DNA of 64,000 nucleotides from Gammaproteobacteria bacterium (GTDB taxonomy: Bacteria > Pseudomonadota > Gammaproteobacteria > Eutrophobiales > Eutrophobiaceae), in the NCBI GenBank assembly GCA_965222155.1, contig CBDCTH010000012.1, positions 288,001 to 352,000 of the forward strand, given 5' to 3'. The notes below the pieces were generated by a model that made no database searches, was not told where the DNA came from, and saw only the letters and a program-made list of their open reading frames with translations. Position numbers and translations under genes: made by a program. Each line of letters begins with the position of its first letter. The stretch's first letter is position 1. Shown here piece by piece: positions 1-10,276 of the stretch.

Positions 1-922
1 CTGCGAACAAGTCCTGAGCGTTGATGCCGTGGGACTGGTAGAGCGTAACCTGCCGGTCGTCCTGCCTGCCGGGAATTTTGCCTTCCAGCAACTCACCCAG
101 TTCTCCGATGATATGAGTTTCATCGATAGCTCCTTCGTCGACGGGGATCATGATATCGCCCCCTTCGTTGCGGGTGGATTCCATGAGGTCTACGTAGACT
201 GAAGACTTGATGATCAAGGCGGTATCCGCCTCCCGGGCATTCAGGCTGTGGGCGCCGACCAGGTTGACATGGGCGCCGGGTTTGACCCATTCCCCCGCCA
301 ATATGGGTTCCGGCGAAGTTGTAACGGTACATACCAGGTCGCAGGCGCCGGCATCTGCCGGATCAGCCGTCGCCCGGACCTTGATGCCGGTGCGCTTTGC
401 CTGCTCCCGGGCGAAGGATTTCGAGTTATCCGGGTTGCGTCCCCACACGACTATCTCATCCACGGCGCGCACGGCGCGCATGGCATCAATATGGGTAACC
501 GCCTGCACACCGTTACCGAAGATGCCGCAGCTGTGCGCATCCCGGCGCGCCAGGAGCCGCGTTGCCAGTCCGGATGCCGCGGCGGTGCGGATCGCAGTCA
601 CCTCAGCGCCGTCGATAAGAGCTAAAGGTGCGCCGGTCGCGTGGTCAAACAGAGCGATGAAGCCCTGAATTGCAGGAAGCCCTTTGGCGGGGTTGCCGGG
701 GATCAGGTTGATCACCTTGGCGCCGAAAGCGGCCAGTTCGGTGGAAGAACCCGGCATCAACACCAGTAAACCACTTTCATCAATGAGCCTGGCGACCAGC
801 CGGGGAGGCATCGATATGGCGCCGGTGCTGGCGGCAATCATGGCCGGTTCCATGACGTCTATGCATTCGTTCATGGGCAGCAGTTTGCGCACGCCTGCAG
901 CGTTGACGATGGTCAGGGGCAT
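1..922 (-). CDS. Ornithine cyclodeaminase/mu-crystallin family protein (3' end beyond window)
   Basis: Not in the ORF track because it is open at the edge. Manual translation from ATG 922 (GGAGA RBS): MPLTIVNAAGVRKLLPM...LVLMPG...GAKVINLIPGNP...TAIRTAAASGLATRLLAR...GIFGNGVQA, typical OCD motifs. Confidence 0.9.
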   Translation of the reverse strand, partial: MPLTIVNAAGVRKLLPMNECIDVMEPAMIAASTGAISMPPRLVARLIDESGLLVLMPGSSTELAAFGAKVINLIPGNPAKGLPAIQGFIALFDHATGAPLALIDGAEVTAIRTAAASGLATRLLARRDAHSCGIFGNGVQAVTHIDAMRAVRAVDEIVVWGRNPDNSKSFAREQAKRTGIKVRATADPADAGACDLVCTVTTSPEPILAGEWVKPGAHVNLVGAHSLNAREADTALIIKSSVYVDLMESTRNEGGDIMIPVDEGAIDETHIIGELGELLEGKIPGRQDDRQVTLYQSHGINAQDLFA

Positions 923-985
923 GTTTTATTCTCCAGAGGTTAAAATACAGAAGTCTACCTTGCATGTACGGTAGTGACCAGTCCG

Positions 986-2308
986 TCAGTGAGCGGGGGA
1001 ATAATCCTCGTCATCAAAGGGGGGAACCGGCTCGACCTCCTGCTCAGTCTTTTTCCTCTCTGTTGTCGGGACGATAGTCTGCCTGTGTCCGTAAGGCTTC
1101 CAGGCCGGGGCGATGACGTTGGGCATCTCGGAGCGGTGCATCAGCGTGGCCCGGCTGAGGGTGAATTCCCCGTAGCGGCTGTTGACGTCATCCATGACCT
1201 TGTTCAAGCGGTGGAACCTGTCTTCTTCATCTCCGAAAAACTGCGTCTGACCCTTTTCCGGTCGTGGGTCAAGTGCTGTCACCTGTACCTGAAAAATACC
1301 TTCGCCGCGCCAGTACTCATGCATGACCCGATGGCATAATTCGATAATGGGCCGGCTGTCGCTGGTCGGAAATGTCGTCTTTAACTTGTTGCTGCCAATC
1401 CAGTCGTCTTTGCTGCGCAGTCCGATAAAATACTTCTGGGCGGCCAGGGAATGCTGTCTCAGACGGAACCCCAGTTTCTCGGCCATGTGGATCAGGTACA
1501 TGTAGACGATGTCCCTGTCGGTTGTATCGGGCGGCATTATTTTGCCGTGTCCCAGACTCTTGGGCGGGGCGATTTTTGTTTCGACCGGCACCGGGTCTTC
1601 GCCCCGGCACATCAGCCAGATTCGCCTGCCCGGGTGGCCGAAGCGTTTTCCGAGCACGCTGATCGGCAATTTTGCGACGTCTCCGCAGGTAATGGCGCCG
1701 CGTTTTGCCAGAAAGCCGGCTATACCCTTATTGACCCCGCACAGTTCCATGACCGGGACATTTTCCAACTTGGCGCGCGTCTCCCAGGGCGGAATGATGG
1801 TCAGGCCATCCGGCTTGTTCTGTTTCCCTGCGTATTTGGCGGTGGTTTTATCCCCGCTCAGCCCCACCGAACAGGGCAGGCCGGAGACGTCCCAGACCAG
1901 TGCCTTAATCATTTTCCCCAGCGCTTCAGGAGATTTATCCCAATATACCTGGCAGCGCGTGATATCGAGAAACGCCTCGTCGACTGAAAATACCTCCACA
2001 TCCGGTGTGATATCCAGGAGGGCGTGCATAATGCTCGTTGAGACTTCTGCATAACGCTCGGGACGGGCGGGTACCTGGATGAAATCAGGGCATAGTTTCC
2101 GGGCCTGTTTCAGCCGCATGGTCGTGTAGATGCCGAGCGCCCTGGCCTCATAAGAACAGGTGATGAGGCAGGTGCCGGTTTTGCCGTTGGTAACGCCGAT
2201 CGGCTTGCCGCGATATTCAGGATTGTCCAGTTGCTCGATAGACGCGAAAAACGCATTCATGTCCACGAAAGCAATGAACCGCGGCCAGTGTTGATTATTG
2301 CCCGACAT
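986..2308 (-). CDS. dinB: Y-family DNA polymerase IV
   Basis: FVDMNAFFASIEQ, SYEAR, SVDEAFLD and KPDG motifs. Confidence 0.9.
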   Translation of the reverse strand: MSGNNQHWPRFIAFVDMNAFFASIEQLDNPEYRGKPIGVTNGKTGTCLITCSYEARALGIYTTMRLKQARKLCPDFIQVPARPERYAEVSTSIMHALLDITPDVEVFSVDEAFLDITRCQVYWDKSPEALGKMIKALVWDVSGLPCSVGLSGDKTTAKYAGKQNKPDGLTIIPPWETRAKLENVPVMELCGVNKGIAGFLAKRGAITCGDVAKLPISVLGKRFGHPGRRIWLMCRGEDPVPVETKIAPPKSLGHGKIMPPDTTDRDIVYMYLIHMAEKLGFRLRQHSLAAQKYFIGLRSKDDWIGSNKLKTTFPTSDSRPIIELCHRVMHEYWRGEGIFQVQVTALDPRPEKGQTQFFGDEEDRFHRLNKVMDDVNSRYGEFTLSRATLMHRSEMPNVIAPAWKPYGHRQTIVPTTERKKTEQEVEPVPPFDDEDYSPAH

Positions 2309-2388
2309 AGGACGATTGATCCTAGGCGAGTTAACGGGTCAGGGTCAAGTGGTGAATTTGCTTCACGCTGACAAAGATTCGGCAGCGT

Positions 2389-3363
2389 TCATAGCGAATA
2401 GCCGGCACAGACCTCCGCCAGCAGCTGCAGGTTGCAGTTTCCCCCCGAGAGGATCCCGACAGCCGTTTTGCCTTTGAGTTGATCGCGCAGTTTCCAGGCC
2501 GCGGCGGTTGCCGCGGCGCCGGACGGTTCGGCCAGGTTATGGGTCGTTTCCAGTAGCCAGGCCATTGCCTGCCTGATCTCGTCGTCTGTTACCAGGACGA
2601 TATCGCTGACCAGCCGGCGCATGATGTCCAGCGTCATGTCCGCCGGCGCCCGGGTTGCCAGACCTTCGGCAATGGTGTCCAGGGAATCGTATTCGACATT
2701 CCTGCCGGTCTTGAAAGATTCGGTCACTGCGGGCGCTCCCGTGGATTGAACGCCGATCACCTGGGTTCCGGGGTTACGCTCTGCCGCGACGATGGCCGTG
2801 CCGCAAATACCGCTGCCCAGGCCGATAGGGACAAATACCACGTCCGGCGCTGGTTCCCGGTCGAATATCTCGTCGGCCATGGTGCCGACCCCGGCGATCA
2901 GCACGGGCTCATTGGCGGAATGCACGTAACGCAGTCCTTTCTCTTCGGTCAGCTTCTCGCAGTAGATCTTCGCCTCGTCGAAATCTTTGCCATGCTCGAG
3001 CAATTCGGCGCCCAGCGCGCGCATTGCCTGGTTCTTGCCCGGATTGTTGTTTTCCGGCACGATTAAAGTGCAACTGGCGCCGAACTGTCGCGCTGCATAA
3101 GCCAGTGACTGCCCGTGATTGCCGGTGGTACAGCTGATGATGCCCCGTTGTCTCTGCTCTGCGGACAGACGACTTACGAGGTTGATGCCGCCGCGCACCT
3201 TGAACGCCCCGGTCGGCTGGTGGTTCTCGTGCTTCAGCAGGTAACGGAAACCGAGCCGTTTTGTCAGCAGCGGCCATTCATTCAGCAGGGTGGGGCGCAG
3301 GTACCGGTATACCTGATCGCGGGCCTGGGTTACGTCGATATAGTTAACAGGGAGTGTCTTCAA
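2389..3363 (-). CDS. PLP-dependent threonine/serine dehydratase family protein
   Basis: KHENHQPTGAFKVRG PLP-lysine motif, TGNHGQ, PIGLGSG, ILSGGN. Confidence 0.9.
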   Translation of the reverse strand: MKTLPVNYIDVTQARDQVYRYLRPTLLNEWPLLTKRLGFRYLLKHENHQPTGAFKVRGGINLVSRLSAEQRQRGIISCTTGNHGQSLAYAARQFGASCTLIVPENNNPGKNQAMRALGAELLEHGKDFDEAKIYCEKLTEEKGLRYVHSANEPVLIAGVGTMADEIFDREPAPDVVFVPIGLGSGICGTAIVAAERNPGTQVIGVQSTGAPAVTESFKTGRNVEYDSLDTIAEGLATRAPADMTLDIMRRLVSDIVLVTDDEIRQAMAWLLETTHNLAEPSGAAATAAAWKLRDQLKGKTAVGILSGGNCNLQLLAEVCAGYSL

Positions 3364-3519
3364 TATTAAAATCCCGACTTCAGTCCGTGCAGGCTGCGAT
3401 TAAATATCTCTTTATCGGCATTAAGCTGACTGCGGGTAATGTTGTATGATTTGGTCCTGGCGGTGTGTGAGCGTACAGAAAAATATCAGACTGCGAATGT
3501 AACACGAGAGGACAACAAC

Positions 3520-4623
3520 ATGTCAAGAATAAACGGTTCGGTTTTATTGGTCGGCAGTGTCCCCGGGCAGGATGCGGAAGGGGTAATGCGCTTCTGCGCG
3601 CGGGAACTGGGGGACAGGTTGAGCTTTTTCCCCGACGGGGAAACCGGTTTCAGAAAAGTCTGGATCAACTTTCTCGCCGCCACCGTCTACGCAGCCAACG
3701 ATGCCCTGGAGACGGTCAACCGGCCCGAACCCGTCAACCCGGATGACCCGGATGAATGGCGGGCAGCAAGCGAGCACTGGGTTCCCAGGGGCTATCACGA
3801 TCACTGGCAATTCAGAATCAGGGACATCAGGCAGGTTCATTTTGACCATCTGGGTTATGCGGAGGAAGCAATCGCTTCCTACCGGATATTCAAACAACTG
3901 CGCGCCGAGGGTCTCGTTTCCGATAGCCAGCGGTTTATGGTGGCCATGCCCATGTGTGAATCCGCGCTACGCCCGTTTCTCGGCAAGGCCGGGGAGAATG
4001 ACTATGGCAGGATATCGGAAGCCTACACCGAAGCCATGTCCCGGGAGATACCGAAAATGCTGGAAGAAATCCCTGCCGAAGACCTGGTGGTCCAGTGGGA
4101 TATCTGTATGGAAATGCTGGCGGTTGATGTAAATGATGACCACTCGGGATTGTTTCCCTGGAAACCCGTAGGTGAAGCCATGGAACGTTATGCCGGGACG
4201 GTCAAAACTTTCTCAAATTTTGTGCCCGAGGACGTTTTTCTGGGCTTGCATTTTTGCTATGGCGACCTGGGTCATAAGCATTTTGTCGAACCGCACAGCC
4301 TGGAGAATGCGACGCGCATCGCAACCGAATCGGTAAAGGCCATCGAGCGCACGATTGATTTTTGTCATATTCCCGTCCCGCGGGACCGCCATGACGATGC
4401 CTATTTTGCAGCATTGTCGGACTGGCCGGGAAACGCCGGCAAACTGTTCCTGGGCCTGGTGCATTATACCGACCGTGTGGATGGTACAAAGCGCAGACTC
4501 GCGACCGCCAGACGATACATCGATAATTTTGGAATCGCAACGGAGTGCGGTTTCGGCCGCCGTCCCAAGGAGACATTACCCGAACTGATGCGCATACATC
4601 GCGAGATAGCCGAACTTCTCTGA
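3520..4623 (+). CDS. Cobalamin-independent methionine synthase (MetE C-terminal/UROD superfamily)-like protein
   Basis: LVGSVP N-terminus, DGETG, VQWD, HFCYGD (HxC) and C-terminal TECGFGR. Start moved to ATG 3520 after a GAGGA RBS. Confidence 0.7.
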   Translation: MSRINGSVLLVGSVPGQDAEGVMRFCARELGDRLSFFPDGETGFRKVWINFLAATVYAANDALETVNRPEPVNPDDPDEWRAASEHWVPRGYHDHWQFRIRDIRQVHFDHLGYAEEAIASYRIFKQLRAEGLVSDSQRFMVAMPMCESALRPFLGKAGENDYGRISEAYTEAMSREIPKMLEEIPAEDLVVQWDICMEMLAVDVNDDHSGLFPWKPVGEAMERYAGTVKTFSNFVPEDVFLGLHFCYGDLGHKHFVEPHSLENATRIATESVKAIERTIDFCHIPVPRDRHDDAYFAALSDWPGNAGKLFLGLVHYTDRVDGTKRRLATARRYIDNFGIATECGFGRRPKETLPELMRIHREIAELL

Positions 4624-4629
4624 TGTTTA

Positions 4630-4660
4630 ACCCGCATTTCTCACCAGCCGCACCGAAGCG
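4630..4660 (+). repeat. Single terminal repeat of MITE family A
   Basis: TA|ACCCGCATTTCTCACCAG matches the ends at 23489, 23729, 27375 and 27469. Confidence 0.75.
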
Positions 4661-4661
4661 C

Positions 4662-5045
4662 GTATTCAAACCTGATGCTGGCGCCTTGCTGTTATCTCCC
4701 GCCGATGAGACACCCAGCCCTCCCTGTGACGCCCGGCCCGAGGAATTGGACGTGGCCCTGGCGGTGGATCGGTTTGAGACGGCGACGGGCATTAACATAT
4801 CCCGCGTGACCCATCGTTGGGCGGGCCTGCGGACCTTCGCGCCGGACAAGACCTTCGTCGTCGGGTTCGACCCCAGGACGGAAGGTTTTTTCTGGCTGGC
4901 GGGGCAGGGGGGCTACGGCGTGCAAACGGCCCCGGGTCTGGCAAAGTTGACGGTTTCCATGATCAGCGGGGCATCACCCCGGGAATATACAGGCAGGGAG
5001 GCTGATCTTGTCAATCGATTAGCCCCCGGCCGGTTGCTGAAGTGA
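4662..5045 (+). pseudogene. C-terminal fragment of an FAD-dependent (DAO/DadA family) oxidoreductase
   Basis: FKPDAG...SPADE...WAGLRTFAPD...FFWLAGQGGYGVQTAP. The N-terminal GxGxxG FAD-binding half is missing, and the fragment begins at a MITE end. Confidence 0.85.
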
Positions 5046-5060
5046 GATGGGTGGATCGGA

Positions 5061-6179
5061 TCAGTGTTTCGTATTCAGGCATTCAATATTGCGCTTAATC
5101 AACGACTCAATGGCGCGTAATTTCCCCTTTTCATCCCTGGACACGAATGAAATAGCCTGACCGCTGGCGCCCGCCCGGCCGGTACGACCAATACGATGTA
5201 TATAATCTCCCGGCGCCTCGGGCATATCGAAATTGACGACTATAGGCAGTAACTCGATATCGATGCCGCGCGAGGCGATGTCAGTGGCTACCAGCACCTG
5301 TTTTTTGCCCTTCTTGAAATCATCCAGCACCTTGGTGCGTTGTGCCTGAGTTTTATTACTGTGAATTGCAGAGGCGGAGATTGAATTCTTGCCCAGTCGT
5401 TTTACCAGCTTGTCTGCGCCATGCTTGGTGCGGGTAAAAACCAGTATCTGCTCGTGAGTGTCCTGCGCAAGTTCACTCAACAAATTGGCTTTGCGATCCT
5501 TCTCGACCCAGTACAGTTTCTGTGAGATTGCCTCAATTGTCGAGTTACCAGGGGACACGTCTATTTCTATAGGGTTTCTGCAAATCGTGCCGGCCAGTTG
5601 GCGAATCTCCCTGGAGAATGTGGCTGAAAACATCAGGTTCTGTCTGCGCTGTGGAATAAGTTTCAGAATCTTGCGTATGTCCATGATAAAGCCCATATCC
5701 AACATGCGGTCGGCCTCGTCCAGCACCAGCAATTCGATATCGTCAAAGCGGATGGCGTTCTGCTGAAAAAGGTCTAACAAGCGCCCCGGTGTTGCCACCA
5801 GCAGATCGACGCCGCGTCGCAGCGCGCGCAGTTGGGGAGTAATGTTTACTCCGCCGAATACCACCGCTGAAGTGAGTCGTTCATTCTTGCCGTAAGTCAG
5901 AATACTCTGGTGTACCTGGGCCGCCAGTTCCCGTGTCGGCGTCAGGATCAGCGCCCGCGCCCGCCCAGGCTTGGCCTTGGCGCTGGCGCCCAATTGTTGC
6001 AGCATGGGAAGCACAAACCCGGCGGTCTTGCCGGTGCCGGTCTGAGCGGCCGCCATCACGTCGCCGCCGGAAAGAACGGCAGGAATTGCCTGGGCCTGAA
6101 TAGGGGTTGGAGTTGTATAGCCTGTGTGCGCAACTGCGCGCAACAGGGAATCGGATAGTCCGAGTGTCGTAAAAGTCAT
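5061..6179 (-). CDS. rhlE: DEAD-box RNA helicase (RhlE-like)
   Basis: Q motif, AQTGTGKT, PTRELA, DEAD, SAT, HRIGRTGRAG. Short C-terminal tail. Confidence 0.85.
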   Translation of the reverse strand: MTFTTLGLSDSLLRAVAHTGYTTPTPIQAQAIPAVLSGGDVMAAAQTGTGKTAGFVLPMLQQLGASAKAKPGRARALILTPTRELAAQVHQSILTYGKNERLTSAVVFGGVNITPQLRALRRGVDLLVATPGRLLDLFQQNAIRFDDIELLVLDEADRMLDMGFIMDIRKILKLIPQRRQNLMFSATFSREIRQLAGTICRNPIEIDVSPGNSTIEAISQKLYWVEKDRKANLLSELAQDTHEQILVFTRTKHGADKLVKRLGKNSISASAIHSNKTQAQRTKVLDDFKKGKKQVLVATDIASRGIDIELLPIVVNFDMPEAPGDYIHRIGRTGRAGASGQAISFVSRDEKGKLRAIESLIKRNIECLNTKH

Positions 6180-6706
6180 ATATCTCTCTTTAAAAATTTA
6201 TTTTGCAGGCATGTACAGCCCTTCGACTCCGGGATTAGCGAAGCGATTGGCGCTGAATGACCAATGGATGTGTTCCCCGGACGAATGGCGTCTGGTTGCA
6301 CGGGTGTGCAATCGATAGATAATGTTCGGAGTTCGAAACCGCGAATAGATCGGTGACAAAAGCAGAAGAACAGGTAAAGACTCGGAGTCTCAGAGAACTG
6401 CGTTAATTAAAACGCAGAAAAATGACCTTTAGCTAAAGATAACGCACTTGCAGCGAGGTATTACTCAAGCGGCAATAGCCAACTATAGCATGAAATTAAC
6501 TGAATAGTTCAAATAAAATGGAGACAGGGTAAAAATCAAAGACCAAGCCCCTGTTAAGACGAATATCGTCGCGCAGCCGATGGCCTGTTCAATCCCTGCA
6601 CGTGCTGTGGTGACCCAGTCAATTTCCGATTTCACAGTTTCATCCAATCCCAGCAGCGCGTTAACATTACGGTGTTTCATAGAACCGTTCCATGAACGCT
6701 CTTACC

Positions 6707-6735
6707 TTGACAAATAACTATATTTAGACCATATT
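6707..6735 (+). promoter_or_regulatory. Putative sigma70 promoter of the phd-relE pair
   Basis: TTGACA-17 bp-CATATT, about 40 bp upstream of the antitoxin start. Confidence 0.55.
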
Positions 6736-6772
6736 CAGTCATCCTGACGATGACGACTTTATAAGAGTACCC

Positions 6773-7054
6773 ATGATGAAATTATCTGTGCAAATAAAAC
6801 CAATCAGTTATCTCAAGGCTCATGCCGCTGATATCGTCCGCCAACTGAGTGAGCAGAAACAACCCCTTATCATTACACAAAACGGTGAAGCCAAGATTGT
6901 GGTGCAGGACATCAAAAGCTATGAGGAGAATGAAGAGACGCTTGCTTTGCTCAAGATACTCGCTCTTGGCAATAGTCAAATCGAGCAGGATGACATCACC
7001 CCTGCCAAATCAGCGCTGGAGCACATTCGCCTGCGACGTAAACGGAAATCGTAA
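6773..7054 (+). CDS. Phd/YefM family antitoxin
   Basis: IKPISYLKAHA...PLIITQNGEAK. Overlaps the downstream toxin (TAATG). Confidence 0.9.
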   Translation: MMKLSVQIKPISYLKAHAADIVRQLSEQKQPLIITQNGEAKIVVQDIKSYEENEETLALLKILALGNSQIEQDDITPAKSALEHIRLRRKRKS

Positions 7055-7377
7055 TGTACGAGGTCTACCTGACCGATGATGCATTGCGCGACCTTGAGGA
7101 AATTGATGACTACATTGTAGCCGCTGACTCGCCGCAAAGAGCAGAGTATGTTCTCGGTAAGATTGAAGACGCATTTCTCACCCTCTCTCATATGCCGGAG
7201 CGTAGTAACTATCCGGGTGAGTTGTTAACCCTTGGTATTAAAGAATACAGGGAAGTCTTGTTCAAACCCTACCGTATCGTTTATCGTGTACAGGACAAAA
7301 GAGTTTATATTTATTTGATCGCTGACGGGCGCAGGGATATGCAAACCCTGTTAAGCAGGCGCCTGCTGCGGCCTTGA
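7054..7377 (+). CDS. RelE/ParE family toxin
   Basis: YEVYLTDDALRDLEEI...YREV...YRIVY...DGRRD. Translationally coupled to the antitoxin. Confidence 0.9.
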   Translation: MYEVYLTDDALRDLEEIDDYIVAADSPQRAEYVLGKIEDAFLTLSHMPERSNYPGELLTLGIKEYREVLFKPYRIVYRVQDKRVYIYLIADGRRDMQTLLSRRLLRP

Positions 7378-7423
7378 ACGGTTACTTTCGCGTTACTTGT
7401 TGATGACCAGGTTGAGGAAAGTT

Positions 7424-9583
7424 ATGGTGAATTACCCGTATCATTTTCTGTTCCTGCTGCTTCTGTCCGCAGTATTTGCTCCGAGCCAGGCCAATGAACC
7501 GCAAATCTCCATTCAGAGAACAGATAAAGCGCCGGTAATTGACGGCGTGCTGGATGACGAGGCGTGGAAAGACGCGACCCTGGTTACAGAGTTTTATCAA
7601 AGCGTTCCGGTTGAAGGCGCAGAAGCCAGCGAAGCAACGGAAGCTTACCTGACCTACGATAGCGATATGCTCTACGTGGGGGTGCGTATGTATGATCGTA
7701 ATCCCGACGCAATTGTCGCCAGGGAGTTGCGGGAAGATGAAATGATGATCAACGACGATATCTTTACTATTGCCATCGATTCTCTCCTGGATCGGAAAAA
7801 TGCGTTTGTATTTTATATGAATGCTCTGGGTACGAAATCCGATGCCCGTTTCGAGAATAACTCTACGCTCCGTGGTGAATGGGACGGTATCTGGTACGGC
7901 GCCGCCGGTCGTAATGAAAAGGGCTGGATTGCCGAGTTTGCCATCCCCTTTAAAACACTGTCTCTTGATGCCGATGCGCCGGCCTGGGGTCTTGAACTGG
8001 AACGTTACATCAGGCGGCGTAATGAATTCGTGTTGTGGGCCAATCATGATCAGGACAAGACATTGAGCTATGTGGCTGCCTATGGAGATTTGCTGGGCCT
8101 TGATAACCTGGATCAGGGGCTGGGTCTGGACATCAAACCCCAGGCGGCAAGCCGTTACCGCCGGCGATTTGATAGTGATGATAAGGATTTCACCATAAAG
8201 CCGGGCGCAGAAATCATTTACAAGCTGACGCCTTCATTGAACGGCTCCCTGATAATCAATCCGGATTTTTCCAATGCCAGAGTAGATGAAATCAAGACCA
8301 ATCTGACGCGATTTGATCTTTTTTTCCCGGAGCAACGTGATTTTTTCGTCCGCGACGCAGATGTCTTTGAGTTTGGCGGCCTCAATGAAGTGAATGGCAT
8401 TCCATTTTTTTCAAGGCGTATCGGCCTGCCCTTTGATATGGAAAATCCGGAAGTGCTTGACATTGATATCGGCGCCAAGCTGAGTGGCCGTCTTGGGCGC
8501 TATACAATGGGCCTGTTGAATACGCAGATGGGTTCCGGACAGGGAATCGGCTCAAAAAACCTGTCCGTGGCCAGAGTCGCCATGGATATCCAGGAGGAAT
8601 CCCGGCTTGGCGCCATGATGACTTATGGCAACCCCGCAGGCAACGCTGATAACGGCGTCGTCGGCATCGACTACCGCTATCGGAACAGTAACCTGTTCGG
8701 CTCGCAGGTGTTTGTGGCCGATGCGTTTGTTATGAAGTCTTTCAGTGAGGATACCGGCAGCAATGAGTTGGCCTATGGCCTGACGCTGGATTTCCCCAAT
8801 GACCGCTGGAATGCCAGGTTAAAATATCAGGAAACCCAGGAAAACTTTAATCCGGCGCTCGGTTTTGTCAATCGCTCCGGTATCAGGCTATACGAAGGCG
8901 ATTTACGCTACAGGATAAGGCCCAAAAACAGTCGCTTGCTCAGAACCATGAACTGGGGATTTAAATCATCCTTTACGACGACAACGGGTAATGAGCTTGA
9001 GAGCGGCCGTGTTTATTTCCGGTTTTTTGACCTGGAAAGTCATGCCGGTGATCATATTCAATTCTGGGGTAACTGGCAGCACGAAACATTATTTGCCCCC
9101 TTTGAAATTCAACCGGGCATTAATATTCCCACCGGTGATTACGATTTCTACTTTTTATGGGGCAAGCTGACTACGGCAAATCACCGGCCTGTTTCTATGG
9201 AAGTAATATCTAAAATCGGCGAATTTTATAATGGTGATATCACTGATGTGCTGGCTTCTGTAAAGTGGCGGCCAACGCCTAATTTTTATATCACCCTGGA
9301 ACGCCATATCTTCGATGTCGATTTGCCGGCAGGTAATTTTGAGTTTGAGATCAATCGTGCACGCTTTAATATTAGCTTCACACCGACATTATCCTGGACT
9401 AATTATCTGCAACAGGAGTCGGAAAGCCACATCATGACGCTGCAGAGCCAGTTGCGCTGGATTATTGTCCCGGGTAATGAACTGACCATGACGATCAATC
9501 ATGACTGGGCAAGGGATAACGGCTCATACAAAAGCACCGAGACTGATTTTTTTACCCGCCTGGTGTGGACGCACCGATTCTAG
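7424..9583 (+). CDS. Secreted CBM9-like + DUF5916-type outer-membrane protein
   Basis: Signal peptide, APVIDGVLDDEAW, GWIAEFAIPF, NPDFS...NLTRFDLFFPEQRDFF, FFSRRIG, C-terminal F. Confidence 0.75.
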   Translation: MVNYPYHFLFLLLLSAVFAPSQANEPQISIQRTDKAPVIDGVLDDEAWKDATLVTEFYQSVPVEGAEASEATEAYLTYDSDMLYVGVRMYDRNPDAIVARELREDEMMINDDIFTIAIDSLLDRKNAFVFYMNALGTKSDARFENNSTLRGEWDGIWYGAAGRNEKGWIAEFAIPFKTLSLDADAPAWGLELERYIRRRNEFVLWANHDQDKTLSYVAAYGDLLGLDNLDQGLGLDIKPQAASRYRRRFDSDDKDFTIKPGAEIIYKLTPSLNGSLIINPDFSNARVDEIKTNLTRFDLFFPEQRDFFVRDADVFEFGGLNEVNGIPFFSRRIGLPFDMENPEVLDIDIGAKLSGRLGRYTMGLLNTQMGSGQGIGSKNLSVARVAMDIQEESRLGAMMTYGNPAGNADNGVVGIDYRYRNSNLFGSQVFVADAFVMKSFSEDTGSNELAYGLTLDFPNDRWNARLKYQETQENFNPALGFVNRSGIRLYEGDLRYRIRPKNSRLLRTMNWGFKSSFTTTTGNELESGRVYFRFFDLESHAGDHIQFWGNWQHETLFAPFEIQPGINIPTGDYDFYFLWGKLTTANHRPVSMEVISKIGEFYNGDITDVLASVKWRPTPNFYITLERHIFDVDLPAGNFEFEINRARFNISFTPTLSWTNYLQQESESHIMTLQSQLRWIIVPGNELTMTINHDWARDNGSYKSTETDFFTRLVWTHRF

Positions 9584-9597
9584 CAATAAGAGTTCAT

Positions 9598-9825
9598 CTA
9601 TGGTGAATACCAGATGGGTGAAGTCCATGCCATCTCCTGGATGATGTGGCGGGAACTGTCTTCGCCCACCCTTGGCCTTTCTGACGTATCGTATTTCAAA
9701 CAGTTCAGCAGACTCCAGCGCGGGCTGGGATTTTCCACCACGCGCAGGTAGTAATACGCAGGCCGCGCCGGATCGAAATCTTCATCCTTGAACACCGCGC
9801 ACAGGGAAGCATTACCTTCTCCATG
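9598..9825 (-). pseudogene. C-terminal remnant of a DUF3604-type protein
   Basis: LCAVFKDEDFDP...YYYLRVVENPSPRWS...IIQEMAWTSPIWY is the characteristic C-terminus of these ~600-aa proteins; the rest is absent. Confidence 0.75.
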
Positions 9826-10006
9826 TTGTAATATACGGTATGCCGGGTTAGCACCTCAACACAATCATACTCGTCAACCATAGGAAGTCGCATCACCCAC
9901 CAGGGAAAACAGCCCTTAAATGCAGGCCAGCGAACCGCGCACTTATATATTTTTAATATATCTTTTTTGCACTATACTGTGACCTTTGAACAGCGGAGGT
10001 CTCACC

Positions 10007-10276
10007 ATGGCTGTACCAGATAAACAAGACAGGGCAAAAGTCTTCATGTCGGGGCTATCCCAGGCCGTGCGGTTGCCGAAAAAATTTCGTTTCTCAGAAG
10101 GCTGTGATGAGGTAGCCGTGCGCCAGGTCGGACGACATCTGATTTTGAGTCCGCGTTTCACTGACTGGGAAGACTACTGGGCAAACTCGACTCGTCCTGA
10201 CGATGATTTCGCAAGTACGGTATTGGAGCTCCGTGCCAATGATTTACCTGTTGAAGAACGTCAGAGCTTTGACTGA
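10007..10276 (+). CDS. vapB: VapB (AbrB-fold) antitoxin
   Basis: AKVFMSGLSQAVRLPKKFRF; GGAGG RBS. Confidence 0.9.
   Translation: MAVPDKQDRAKVFMSGLSQAVRLPKKFRFSEGCDEVAVRQVGRHLILSPRFTDWEDYWANSTRPDDDFASTVLELRANDLPVEERQSFD

Noticed and set aside
2309-2388. LexA box upstream of dinB
   Set aside because: No CTG-N10-CAG site found.
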